From NCBI GenBank assembly GCA_030754595.1, contig JASLZZ010000123.1:1-33380 (forward strand): DNA of 33,380 nucleotides. Reading direction: 5' to 3'. The first letter of the stretch is position 1; every line of letters starts with the position of its first letter. The DNA is from Nitrospinota bacterium. Lineage in GTDB: Bacteria > UBA8248. The translations under genes were made by a program, and so were the position numbers. Below are positions 1 to 9,918 of this stretch, piece after piece. Below the pieces are notes generated by a model, which did not search any database, was not told the DNA's origin, and saw nothing but the letters and a program-made list of their open reading frames with translations.

Positions 1-102
1 AAAAAGGACGGCACCTGGAACGCCGGCATCGCCATTAAGGAATTCCCCGACGACAGGGACAAATTCCAGACCTTCCTCGAGGGAATTCACCAGAAAACCT
101 GA
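1..102 (+). CDS. 3' end of a CDS truncated by the window edge (hypothetical; weakly PilZ C-terminus-like)
   Basis: Frame 1 is open from base 1: KKDGTWNAGIAIKEFPDDRDKFQTFLEGIHQKT, then TGA at 100-102, with GC3-rich codons. Confidence 0.5.
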   Translation, partial: KKDGTWNAGIAIKEFPDDRDKFQTFLEGIHQKT

Positions 103-340
103 CCCTTTCGATTTCCTCCAAACATCTCCGCTATATTCCGCTATCCGTAAATGAATCGCCGGGTTTTGAGATCGTGATCTCCAAGGTCAAATGGTTAATC
201 AAGGTTTAATTCCCCCTATAAGCACCCTTTTGATTTGGGCTCCCACGGCCCGGTTTTTGGAGCGGTCGTCCTGCGGTAAAGTCATCATTTGAAGGCTGGG
301 GGTACCCGCGATCTAATGGTTTCAGCTCAAAGGGCAAGCC

Positions 341-1357
341 TTGAAATTTTTCATCGTCGTCTTGGGTCTCTTCCTCATCTCGGGTCTTTTCCTTGACATC
401 CCGTCTCAGGAACCGGCGGCGAGCGAGAAAAAACGGGCGGCCTCGGCGGCGGGCCGCTACCGGGGCCCCGTCATCGACGCGCACAACCATCCCAAGAGAA
501 AAGACCATCACCTACAGGCATTTTTCGAGCAGGCGCGCGAGGCGAACGTTGAAAAAGTCGTCGTCATGACAACCCCCAACGAATTCCGAAAACACGGCGA
601 CGATATGCTGCGAAATTCCCGGTCGTATCCCGGGGCCGTTGCCCTTTGCACCGCCAACTTTGTCGGGTTCATCCACCGGAAAAACGAGGAGCGGGCGCGC
701 CGGGAGTTTGAGTGGATGAAAGCCGATTTGACGAGCGGTGTCTGCGGGGGCGTCGGGGAGGTGGGGCTTAGGCATTACGACAAGACAGCCAAGGAAGGCG
801 GGAGCAACCGGGGCCAGGACGTGGTGCTGGTCGATCTGAATCATCCCCTGGTGCTGGAAATGCTCGGTCTCGCCGACGGGCGCGGCGCGCCGGTCGTCCT
901 TCATATCGAGCCGGTCTACAGCCCGGCTGGAATCGACAATCTTTCAAAGGTCAAGAACTGGTACAAGCGCATCTGCCGCCGGTTTCCGGGAGCGAAGCTG
1001 ATCGCCGCCCACAACGGCATGATGTCGCCCGGGGATTTGGAGGCGCTTTTTTCGAGCTGCGGGAATCTCTTCGCCGATTTCAAGTTCATGCACAACCGTG
1101 GCTCGATCACCGGGTTCCAGGACCTTCATCCCATGAACGGCCTTGATTCCGGGCTTTTCCCGCAGTGGAGGAAAATGATCGGGAAATATCCGGGGCGGTT
1201 TCTTTTCGCGTCGGACTGGAAATACGGACGCCGCGGCTCGTTCGAGGATTATACGGGCCACATCCGGGCCGTGCGCGAGATGCTCGGTGTCCTCCCCCCG
1301 GCCGTGCAAAGAAAGGTTTTGTACGAAAACGCCAAACGCGTATTTTCGATCGATTGA
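341..1357 (+). CDS. Secreted metal-dependent amidohydrolase-family protein (TIM barrel)
   Basis: N-terminal hydrophobic signal, IDAHNH metal motif, GVGEVGL, VVLH, IAAH, FASDW and C-terminal LYENAKRVF; TTG start. Confidence 0.85.
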   Translation: MKFFIVVLGLFLISGLFLDIPSQEPAASEKKRAASAAGRYRGPVIDAHNHPKRKDHHLQAFFEQAREANVEKVVVMTTPNEFRKHGDDMLRNSRSYPGAVALCTANFVGFIHRKNEERARREFEWMKADLTSGVCGGVGEVGLRHYDKTAKEGGSNRGQDVVLVDLNHPLVLEMLGLADGRGAPVVLHIEPVYSPAGIDNLSKVKNWYKRICRRFPGAKLIAAHNGMMSPGDLEALFSSCGNLFADFKFMHNRGSITGFQDLHPMNGLDSGLFPQWRKMIGKYPGRFLFASDWKYGRRGSFEDYTGHIRAVREMLGVLPPAVQRKVLYENAKRVFSID

Positions 1358-1517
1358 GGGTTTTTTAGCGCCCGAACGGGGATTCCATCGGGGTGAAAAG
1401 GACTGCCTTCAGGGGTTGCGGCTAGAGGTTGCGGCGCGCTGACCAAACCCTACCTGAATGTCTCCTCCCCTCCCGCCGCCCATTTCTATTTCAGACAAAT
1501 CCCCCCGCTAAACCCCT

Positions 1518-1546
1518 TTGATTTGCGCCGCGCCTGCTGGTAGGGT
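1518..1546 (+). promoter_or_regulatory. Putative sigma70 promoter for the riboswitch-thiC transcript
   Basis: TTGATT-17 nt-TAGGGT with an extended TG, about 10 nt upstream of the TPP aptamer. Confidence 0.5.
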
Positions 1547-1556
1547 GGGGCCAGTT

Positions 1557-1627
1557 TGCTAGGGGTGCCAAGCGGCTGAGAACACACCCTTCGAACCTGA
1601 CCCGGCTAGCACCGGTGTAGGGAAGCG
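1557..1627 (+). ncRNA. TPP riboswitch (THI element)
   Basis: CTAGGGGTGCC...GGCTGAGA...ACACCCTT-GAACCTGA-CCGG...ACCGGTGTAGGGAAG matches the TPP aptamer consensus and lies upstream of thiC. Confidence 0.95.
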
Positions 1628-1789
1628 AATCTCATCTGATTCAACTCCGCTTCGCTTCCCCCGGGTTTCGAGAGAGCGGCGCTTCCAGCGCGGGGTGTTT
1701 GTCCACCTCGGCCCGGAAGGTCTCGGACCGCACAGCATCCCCGGCGCGATCCGCCTCGGCCCCCCGGCGCGGACCGTCAGACGGGATGA

Positions 1790-3580
<1,791 letters not shown>

Positions 3581-3605
3581 GACTCAATCCACCGCCGAGA
3601 ATAAA

Positions 3606-3644
3606 CACCCCCCGTCCGGGCCGGACCCTGGCGAGGGGTTGTTA
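3606..3644 (+). terminator. GC-rich hairpin after thiC
   Basis: CCCCCGTCCGGG...CCCTGGCGAGGGG followed by TTGTT. Confidence 0.6.
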
Positions 3645-3741
3645 TTCCCTTACTTTTTTTTCCTGATGACACATACGGCGCGTATAGCGTATCGGTGTAT
3701 TTGCAGTAAATGAACGGATGCCCCGGAATTGAGGATTCAAA

Positions 3742-3924
3742 ATGGCAAAAGGCAAAAAACAAACAGGTAAAAAACCAGTCTCAAATCTCAGGCAACTTCT
3801 AGAGAACAAAAAATCGGCCGCGGCGGCGAAGAATGTCACCCCGGCGGAGAAAAAAACCGCGGCCCTGGCCATGACGCAGGCGCCCATCAAACGGGGCGGC
3901 GGCGGCGGGAGAAAAGCAAAGTAG
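3742..3924 (+). CDS. Small basic hypothetical protein (60 aa, Lys/Ala-rich)
   Basis: GAGGA RBS before the ATG; ends KRGGGGGRKAK; followed by a hairpin and T-tract at about 3988-4025. Confidence 0.7.
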   Translation: MAKGKKQTGKKPVSNLRQLLENKKSAAAAKNVTPAEKKTAALAMTQAPIKRGGGGGRKAK

Positions 3925-4055
3925 CCTCCTCGATGCCCTTGATGGCGACATTCCCCTCCGGCGACCCCGAATGGCGGCGAAAACAGCAAGGCCCCCAATC
4001 CGTTTGGGTAGGGGTCTTTTGGTTTTCCCCTTTATTTCGAGTAAAGAGAGAAGAA

Positions 4056-4163
4056 GCCGCCAAACTCGAGATGGCCGGCGATGCCGGCCTCCAGGCGGGA
4101 CTCAAGGAAAAAGCCGAGGAATTCAAGAAGGGCGGTAGCGAGATTTACGTGAAGGAGGGGTAG
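4056..4163 (+). pseudogene. Direct repeat copy 2: displaced thiC 3' fragment
   Basis: Translates [35 protein letters not shown] versus thi[37 protein letters not shown]. Confidence 0.9.
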
Positions 4164-4214
4164 TTGCTCCTTCTCCCGCCGGGAGAAGGCTGGAGGGAAA
4201 GACCAAACCCAAGC

Positions 4215-4259
4215 AACAAAAACCCCCGTCAGGGATCCCTGGCGGGGGTTTGTTGTTTT
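4215..4259 (+). terminator. Intrinsic terminator, possibly bidirectional
   Basis: AAAAACCCCCGTCAGGG-AT-CCCTGGCGGGGGTTTGTTGTTTT, between convergent units. Confidence 0.8.
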
Positions 4260-4261
4260 AG

Positions 4262-4352
4262 GTTGTCATTCTGAGCGCCATCGGCGCGAGGAATCTGCTA
4301 TTTGCCCATCCAAGCAGATTCCTCTCTCCCTGCGCTCGCTCGGAATGACAAC
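4262..4352. repeat. Nested palindromic extragenic element (REP/MITE-like)
   Basis: Outer inverted repeat GTTGTCATTCTGAGCG / CGCTCGGAATGACAAC (15/16); inner perfect inverted repeat GAGGAATCTGCT / AGCAGATTCCTC. Confidence 0.8.
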
Positions 4353-4374
4353 GAATGCGTCTACTCGGCCGGGT

Positions 4375-5547
4375 CTAGCCGCCCGAACCGTTCCAGAAGA
4401 ACGCCGGGTCTTTTTGCTCGCCGTAGCCGAGCCAGCCGTGCATCCTGACGAGGAGGCGGTTGATCCATTTCCAGCGGAATGTAATCAGCCATTTGGCGAT
4501 GGCGTGGTGAAAGCCCTTCCCGTGGTTGAAGGGGCAAACCCGGATGCAGATGCCGCAGTTGGTGCCCACGTGGGCCCAGTAGCGGCGGCAGGACTCGTAG
4601 TTGGCGTACCATTTGAGGACGCCCGGGTTGCTCGAGATGTTGGTGCCCTCGGTGGTGCGCGGGCCCGAGGGGAGCGAGCCCACCGGGCACGAGTCGGCGC
4701 ATTTTTCGCACACCTCGCAGAATTCGATCACCCCGAAGTCGCGCTGGTTCTTCACCGCGCCGAGCGGCATGTCGGTGATGACCTTGCATAAGCGCACCCG
4801 AGGGCCGAACTCGGGCGTGATGGCGGGCCCGAGGCGGCTGGGCTGGGCGAGCCCCGCGTCGATGGCGAGCGGGACGTTGAGCGCCGTGTCGTTCAGCGAG
4901 GGAATCGCCGTGTAGCCCATCGCGCGGATGAACTGCGCCACCGAGCCCGAGAGGGCGGCCATGTTCGAATAGTTGCGGTGGGTTTCGGTCATCATGATGG
5001 CGGTCGGGGCCGTGGCCATCATGTCGTGGTCCATCCCGAGGCCCATGACGATCACCTGGTCGCACCCCTGGGGAAACTCGACGGGCGGGTTCTCCCCTTT
5101 TCCGTCCTCCCCCTTTCCGGGCAGGAAGTGGTTCGAGTAGACCCACCGCTCGTCGAGCGGGGTGAAGCCCACGAGGTCGGCCCCGAGGTAGCGGGCGACG
5201 CGGCGCACTTTGCTCTGAAGCTCGGCCGGGCTCCCCGCTCCGTCGACTTTCAGCTCCTCGGGCACCTCGCGCTCGTTCGAGGTCGAGAGCGGCTCCCAGG
5301 AGGTGAAGCCCGAGTTGGGCCGGTTGATTCCCGTTCCGAACGATGAGACGACGGCCATCGCCCCGGTGTCGAAGGCGAAGTCCAGGTGCCCGAAGCCCCG
5401 GTCTCCTTTCTCGATGTGCCCGGTGATGGCCTGTTTGCTACGCTCGCTGTAATCGTCGAGCGCCGGGTCCCACGCCGAGCGCATGATGACGTTGTTCTTC
5501 TGGTTGAAGCGCCGGTACTCCGGCCCGACCTCGTAGTTGACCGCCAT
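4375..5547 (-). CDS. Reductive dehalogenase (RdhA/PceA-like cobalamin and 2x[4Fe-4S] protein) without Tat signal
   Basis: YLGADLVG..LDERWVYS, FIRAMGY.AIP, PLAIDAGL, ITPEFGPRVRLCKVITDMPL, FCEVCEKCADSCP and C-x10-CGICIRVCP. GGGAG upstream of ATG 5547. Confidence 0.85.
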   Translation of the reverse strand: MAVNYEVGPEYRRFNQKNNVIMRSAWDPALDDYSERSKQAITGHIEKGDRGFGHLDFAFDTGAMAVVSSFGTGINRPNSGFTSWEPLSTSNEREVPEELKVDGAGSPAELQSKVRRVARYLGADLVGFTPLDERWVYSNHFLPGKGEDGKGENPPVEFPQGCDQVIVMGLGMDHDMMATAPTAIMMTETHRNYSNMAALSGSVAQFIRAMGYTAIPSLNDTALNVPLAIDAGLAQPSRLGPAITPEFGPRVRLCKVITDMPLGAVKNQRDFGVIEFCEVCEKCADSCPVGSLPSGPRTTEGTNISSNPGVLKWYANYESCRRYWAHVGTNCGICIRVCPFNHGKGFHHAIAKWLITFRWKWINRLLVRMHGWLGYGEQKDPAFFWNGSGG

Positions 5548-5685
5548 CCCTATCTCCCTCCCGCACACCGCCTAAATTTTTATCGAACAAACCCGTTGAG
5601 CGACGTAATGAGGATATTTTACTCCTGTTTTAGGGAGAGCGCAAAACTCCCCCGCTGGGGAGGCCGGGGGGGGAAGTCTCGAACG

Positions 5686-5717
5686 ACAACCCCCGCCCGG
5701 TGGAGTCCGGACGGGGG
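5686..5717 (-). terminator. Hairpin terminator downstream of the 343-aa hypothetical gene
   Basis: Minus strand CCCCCGTCCGG-ACTCCA-CCGGGCGGGGG followed by TTGTCGTT. Confidence 0.6.
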
Positions 5718-5795
5718 CCATATTCGCCTCACCCGCGCACTTGGCTTACGGGCGCTGACGCGGGAGTAATTCCAGCGCGGTGATCGGGCGCCGGA

Positions 5796-6827
5796 TTACG
5801 AGATTTTCAAAATCGTCAAATCGCCCTTGATCTCGGGAACTTCGGGCGAGAACAATTTTCTCCCCCTGTTATCGATGAAATAAAATTCCAGGGTCACTTC
5901 ACCGCCCTCGATTTTTTTATTTGTCTTGAGTTTCACCTTCCATTCACGGGCGTTGCGTGTCGGGGATTTTGCCTCCACTTTGACCGGAGCGCCGTTACTT
6001 TTCACTTTCGCCCTGAGGATCGCCGCTCCGGAGGCGAGTTTGGGATAGGCGCGATGAAAATTAGCGGGAAGCTTGAAAACAACCTTATCCGACAGCTTTG
6101 AAATCTTTTTGTCCTGATTGGCAAGACTAAGCATCGCTTCGTCGGGCGAGGGGTACAACACTATCGCGTTGCTGGCGATCAGTTCCGCCGGATTAAAATC
6201 CTGCCGCAGGACGAACAAGAGACCCGCCTCGAGTAGCGCTCCCTTGGCCCCGTATTTGAAGTTAAGAGTATCCTTATGCTTCCAGATTCCCTCATCATTC
6301 AAAGGTAGTGCGATTTTTCCTGAGTACGCTTTTCTGTCCGGCGATATGGCTGCCACCTTTTGCCTTACCCAGTTCACGGCGCCTCCCGCCGAAGCGGGTC
6401 TCAACCCTATATGTATCTCATACGAGGCGGACGGAAGATTCGCGACGTCGTCCACAACGATGGTCAGTTCCCCGTCGTTGACGAACCGGTTCCCCTTCAC
6501 ATTCGCGGACGAAGAGAAGGGCGCGCGCGCGAGCACAGGCGCGGGCTCGAGTTCGGGCTTGGGCTCGGGCGGCGCCTTTTTCTCGCACGACACCAACTCG
6601 ATTAGATAGCGCGCGGTGCCGCTCCGGGTCAGCACCGTCAGATAATTCCCCGTTTTCGGGACAAACTTCGGGAGGTCCTTGATGTTGAATGTGACCGAAA
6701 TTCCCGACATGTCGGGCAAGACTTTTATAGCCCCGTCAGCCGCCTCCTGCCCCCGGAGGATAACCCTTGGGTCGCGCCATAGATCGTTTCCGTACACAAG
6801 AAACTTCACATCCCCGGCGCCGTTCAT
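5796..6827 (-). CDS. Hypothetical beta-rich protein with a Pro-rich linker, possibly 5'-truncated
   Basis: 343-aa ORF with alternating hydrophobic strand patterns and a PPEPKPELEPAP linker; no recognisable family and no clear RBS. Confidence 0.7.
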   Translation of the reverse strand: MNGAGDVKFLVYGNDLWRDPRVILRGQEAADGAIKVLPDMSGISVTFNIKDLPKFVPKTGNYLTVLTRSGTARYLIELVSCEKKAPPEPKPELEPAPVLARAPFSSSANVKGNRFVNDGELTIVVDDVANLPSASYEIHIGLRPASAGGAVNWVRQKVAAISPDRKAYSGKIALPLNDEGIWKHKDTLNFKYGAKGALLEAGLLFVLRQDFNPAELIASNAIVLYPSPDEAMLSLANQDKKISKLSDKVVFKLPANFHRAYPKLASGAAILRAKVKSNGAPVKVEAKSPTRNAREWKVKLKTNKKIEGGEVTLEFYFIDNRGRKLFSPEVPEIKGDLTILKIS

Positions 6828-6902
6828 TACGAACCGGCCCCCGTTGACCTCCAGGGCGTAGCACCCCGGCGCCGGGAGGGACAGGAGAATCGGCCCGGAG
6901 GA

Positions 6903-8018
6903 CTATTCCTCGAGTTCTTTGGGCGCGACGGGAAGCCGCACGGCCTCGCCGCGCCTGGCCGAAAGATCCATGGCCTTCGAGATGACCAGGTTGCGGTGCC
7001 CGTCGTCGGCGGTGGCGTGCGTGGTGTCGCGGCCGGTCCGTACGCGGGTGAGCCAGGTCAGGGTTTCGTCCCGGATGGGCCCCCAGTGCTGGCCGAAGGC
7101 GAAGTCGCCCGCGGGATAGCTTTCGAGGAAATCGACGTTTCGCCTGATGTCGGGGGTGTAGCCCGCGGGCTGGCCCTTTTCGGTGGCGAGCACCTGATCG
7201 CGGTGGGTGTCGTCGATGGTGAGCACCCCCTCGGTCCCCACGATTCCGAACTCGTTGCTGCACACCGAGCCCGGCCAGACCTCGGGCAGGGCCCAGTTGA
7301 TGGTCATGCTCAGCATGGCGCCGTCCTCGAAGGTGACGATACCGAAGGTGGCGTCCTTGGTGCCGAGGGGAGCCATCGTTTTCGAGACCGAGCTTGCGTA
7401 GACTTTGGTGGGGGTTTTCTCCTCGAGAAACCACAACGAGAGGTCCAGGGTGTGCGTCCCGGCGATCACCATGGGGGTGAATTTTCCGGGGTCGTCCGCG
7501 CGTTCGACGATGGCGGTCGAGGCGATCCGGTTCATGAACGCCCGGGTCGTCATCGAGCTAATATCCCCGAGTTGGCCCGTCATGATTCTTTCCCTCGCCG
7601 TGAGAAAACGGCGGAGGAATCGGCGGGTGTAGCCCACCACGGCGTCAACGCCGGTGGACCGGAGCGTCTCGAGGACCCGGGCCGAGTCGCGCGCATCGAT
7701 GGCCAGCGGTTTTTCGACCATGATGGCGTGGCCGGCCTCCGCGGCGGCGAGCACGGGCTCCAGATGGTTTTTTTCATCCGTGGCGACGATGACGGCATTC
7801 ACCTCGGAGCGGCCGAACAGCTCCCGGTAGTCCGCCGTGAAAAAGTCGGCCTGTATTTCCTCGGCGAACGCCTTGCCGGTTTTTTCGTCCCGGTCGCAGA
7901 TGCCCAGCCAGCCGAGGCCGCCGGACTCACGCGCGATCTGGGCCCGGGTGCGACCGATCATGCCGCAGCCCACGAGAGCCAGGCCGAGGGGTTCGTGATT
8001 TTTCACATCTTCGCTCAT
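6903..8018 (-). CDS. Gfo/Idh/MocA family oxidoreductase
   Basis: LVGCGMIG Rossmann motif, VEKPLA, VGYTRRF and GTHTLD; GGGAG upstream of MSEDVK. Confidence 0.92.
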   Translation of the reverse strand: MSEDVKNHEPLGLALVGCGMIGRTRAQIARESGGLGWLGICDRDEKTGKAFAEEIQADFFTADYRELFGRSEVNAVIVATDEKNHLEPVLAAAEAGHAIMVEKPLAIDARDSARVLETLRSTGVDAVVGYTRRFLRRFLTARERIMTGQLGDISSMTTRAFMNRIASTAIVERADDPGKFTPMVIAGTHTLDLSLWFLEEKTPTKVYASSVSKTMAPLGTKDATFGIVTFEDGAMLSMTINWALPEVWPGSVCSNEFGIVGTEGVLTIDDTHRDQVLATEKGQPAGYTPDIRRNVDFLESYPAGDFAFGQHWGPIRDETLTWLTRVRTGRDTTHATADDGHRNLVISKAMDLSARRGEAVRLPVAPKELEE

Positions 8019-8037
8019 CGCGGCTCCCGCTTCTTTT

Positions 8038-8352
8038 CTACGCCGCCGTCCTGATCTCCCCGGCGGCGTTATCGACGACAACCGGGGTGTCGTAGTAGAC
8101 GATGGTGGGATCGACGTCGAAGGCCTTGATGAAGTTCTCGCGCCAGACGCCCGCGTAGCAGGCCTCAGCCGCCTCACGGCTCTCCCAGAGATAGACGCCG
8201 CCGCCCTTGCCCTCGTCCGCGCTGAAAAGAAAATTCTTCCTGACCAGGCCGGGGATGGTGCGGAAGCGCTCGGCGATCTTCATGGTGTTTTCCGTGTACT
8301 GCTCGAGGGTGAGGCCCTCGGGAAGGGGGGCCGATACGATGGCGGTGATCAT
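8038..8352 (-). CDS. YdhR-like putative monooxygenase (dimeric alpha/beta barrel)
   Basis: IPGLVRKNFL...GGGVYLWESREAAEA; strong AAAGGAG RBS before MITAIV. Confidence 0.85.
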   Translation of the reverse strand: MITAIVSAPLPEGLTLEQYTENTMKIAERFRTIPGLVRKNFLFSADEGKGGGVYLWESREAAEACYAGVWRENFIKAFDVDPTIVYYDTPVVVDNAAGEIRTAA

Positions 8353-8489
8353 GGCTAATCTCCTTTGGGATTTTGGATAAATACCGAAGCCGGGCTTTCC
8401 TTGATGCCGGGCTTTCTTTGTCAATATAGATCGAAATCCGGGTCGCCACACGCCGCTCGCCGCCCGGCGGTGGGCGGCAGGGGAAGGCG

Positions 8490-9689
8490 TCAGCGGCTTT
8501 TTCGGCTCTCCTCGGCCAGCCCCCGCGCCGTGCGAAGGAGGTTCAGGCTCCCGGTTCCATCGCTGTGGAGCGAGGTGAGAACGTCGCGGCAGAACCGCTC
8601 GAGCGGGAACGCTTTCATGACGCCGTTGCCGCCCGTCACGTCCAGCGCGCCCAGCATCACCTGGACCGCCGCCCGGTCGCAGTGGACCTTGAGGAGCCAG
8701 GTGTGGTTCGGGTCGAACGGCTCCCCGCCGTCGATGGCCCGCGCGGTGTCCCATAGATAGCCCTCGATGGCGTGGATGTGCATGCGCATCTCGGCGAGGA
8801 GCGAGCCCACCGTCGGATGCTCGACGATGGGGGCTCCCCCCTGCACCCGGCCGCGGGCGTAATCGAGCGCTATGCCGTACATGGCCTTCGAGAGCCCGAG
8901 ACTCGTGGCGGGATAGTCTACCGCGCCCGCGAAAAGGCGGCCGGCGCCCGCCCAGGCGCCGTCAACCTCGCCGAGGCGGTGGTCCGCCGGGAGGCGCACA
9001 TCCTCGAACGTGATGTCCCCGTTCGGGTACATGCGAAAACCCAGCTTGTCGTCCACCCGGGGAAAGCCGACGCCGGGCCACTCGGCGGGCACGATGAAGA
9101 GCGTCGAGCCCCGGTGGACGGGAACACCGGTGTCCGTCCGGGCGAAAACGAGAAGGCACCGGGCGAAACCGGCGAGGGAGACCCACTGTTTTCGGCCGTT
9201 GAGCACCCAATCGTCTCCCTCCCGCCGGGCCGAAAGCTTAAGTCCCCGGCCGGGGTCATCCGAGGGAATCAGGTTGTCCGAGCCCGCGCCGGGCTCGGTG
9301 AAGGCGGTGGCGAAGCAGTAGGCGTCGTCCCGGACGAAGGGCCGCAGGAATTTTTCGCGCTGCGCGGGCGCGCCCAGGTGGTAAAGAAGAAGAGAAGCCC
9401 GCCAGCTGGAATAAAAGCACTTGGCTAGGCCGGGATCGACCTGGCACATCTCCGCGAGCAGGATCGCGCGAGTCAGGACGCCCGCCGAGACGCCCCCCCA
9501 CTCCTCGGGAAGGGCGAGGGTCCGGAGTCCGAGGCGCGAGCCCGCCCGGATCAGGTCCCAGGGCATGCAGGCCGAGGGATCGGACCTCCCCTCGATCTCC
9601 CGGCAAACGGGGGCCACCTCACGGGCCATGAAATCCCGCACGGTGTCCCTCAGTTGTTTTTGAATATCGTCGAGTTCCGGCTCGGGCAT
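8490..9689 (-). CDS. Acyl-CoA dehydrogenase family protein
   Basis: ALPEEWGG, AFTEPGAGSD, WVLNGRKQWVS, KLGFR, FEDVRLP, YARGRVQGG and GGNG...LERFCRD. Confidence 0.93.
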   Translation of the reverse strand: MPEPELDDIQKQLRDTVRDFMAREVAPVCREIEGRSDPSACMPWDLIRAGSRLGLRTLALPEEWGGVSAGVLTRAILLAEMCQVDPGLAKCFYSSWRASLLLYHLGAPAQREKFLRPFVRDDAYCFATAFTEPGAGSDNLIPSDDPGRGLKLSARREGDDWVLNGRKQWVSLAGFARCLLVFARTDTGVPVHRGSTLFIVPAEWPGVGFPRVDDKLGFRMYPNGDITFEDVRLPADHRLGEVDGAWAGAGRLFAGAVDYPATSLGLSKAMYGIALDYARGRVQGGAPIVEHPTVGSLLAEMRMHIHAIEGYLWDTARAIDGGEPFDPNHTWLLKVHCDRAAVQVMLGALDVTGGNGVMKAFPLERFCRDVLTSLHSDGTGSLNLLRTARGLAEESRKSR

Positions 9690-9918
9690 CCGGCGCATCC
9701 TCTTTCAGTCAGAGTGTTATTTTTCCGGAATTATGCGGCAACGCCCCTCATTCCTCAAATTCCGGTCTGTTTGCCTTTCCTCGGGCGGCGCCTCACGCGG
9801 GGACGCAATCGGAGAACCGGGGGCTTTCCCATGAATGATATTTTCGCGGAGCACACCCGAGCGGAGCGGACCCGAAAAATCCAGGCGCTTGATTTCAAAT
9901 CAAAGGTCCGCGCGATCA

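Noticed and set aside
1357..1452. Possible long-range pairing (AGGGTTT...AAACCCT) and a short tandem repeat after the amidohydrolase
   Set aside because: The interior does not fold convincingly and it is too short for 6S RNA.
3933..4163. 76-aa ORF ending in the thiC-like tail
   Set aside because: Its 5' half runs through a terminator-like hairpin and has no RBS; better explained as chance read-in to the displaced fragment.
5720..5770. Hairpin upstream of the dehalogenase considered as a cobalamin riboswitch
   Set aside because: No B12-box or other conserved cobalamin riboswitch elements.
8389..8416. Direct repeat GCCGGGCTTTC x2 upstream of the YdhR-like gene
   Set aside because: Only two short GC-rich copies; cannot be separated from chance.
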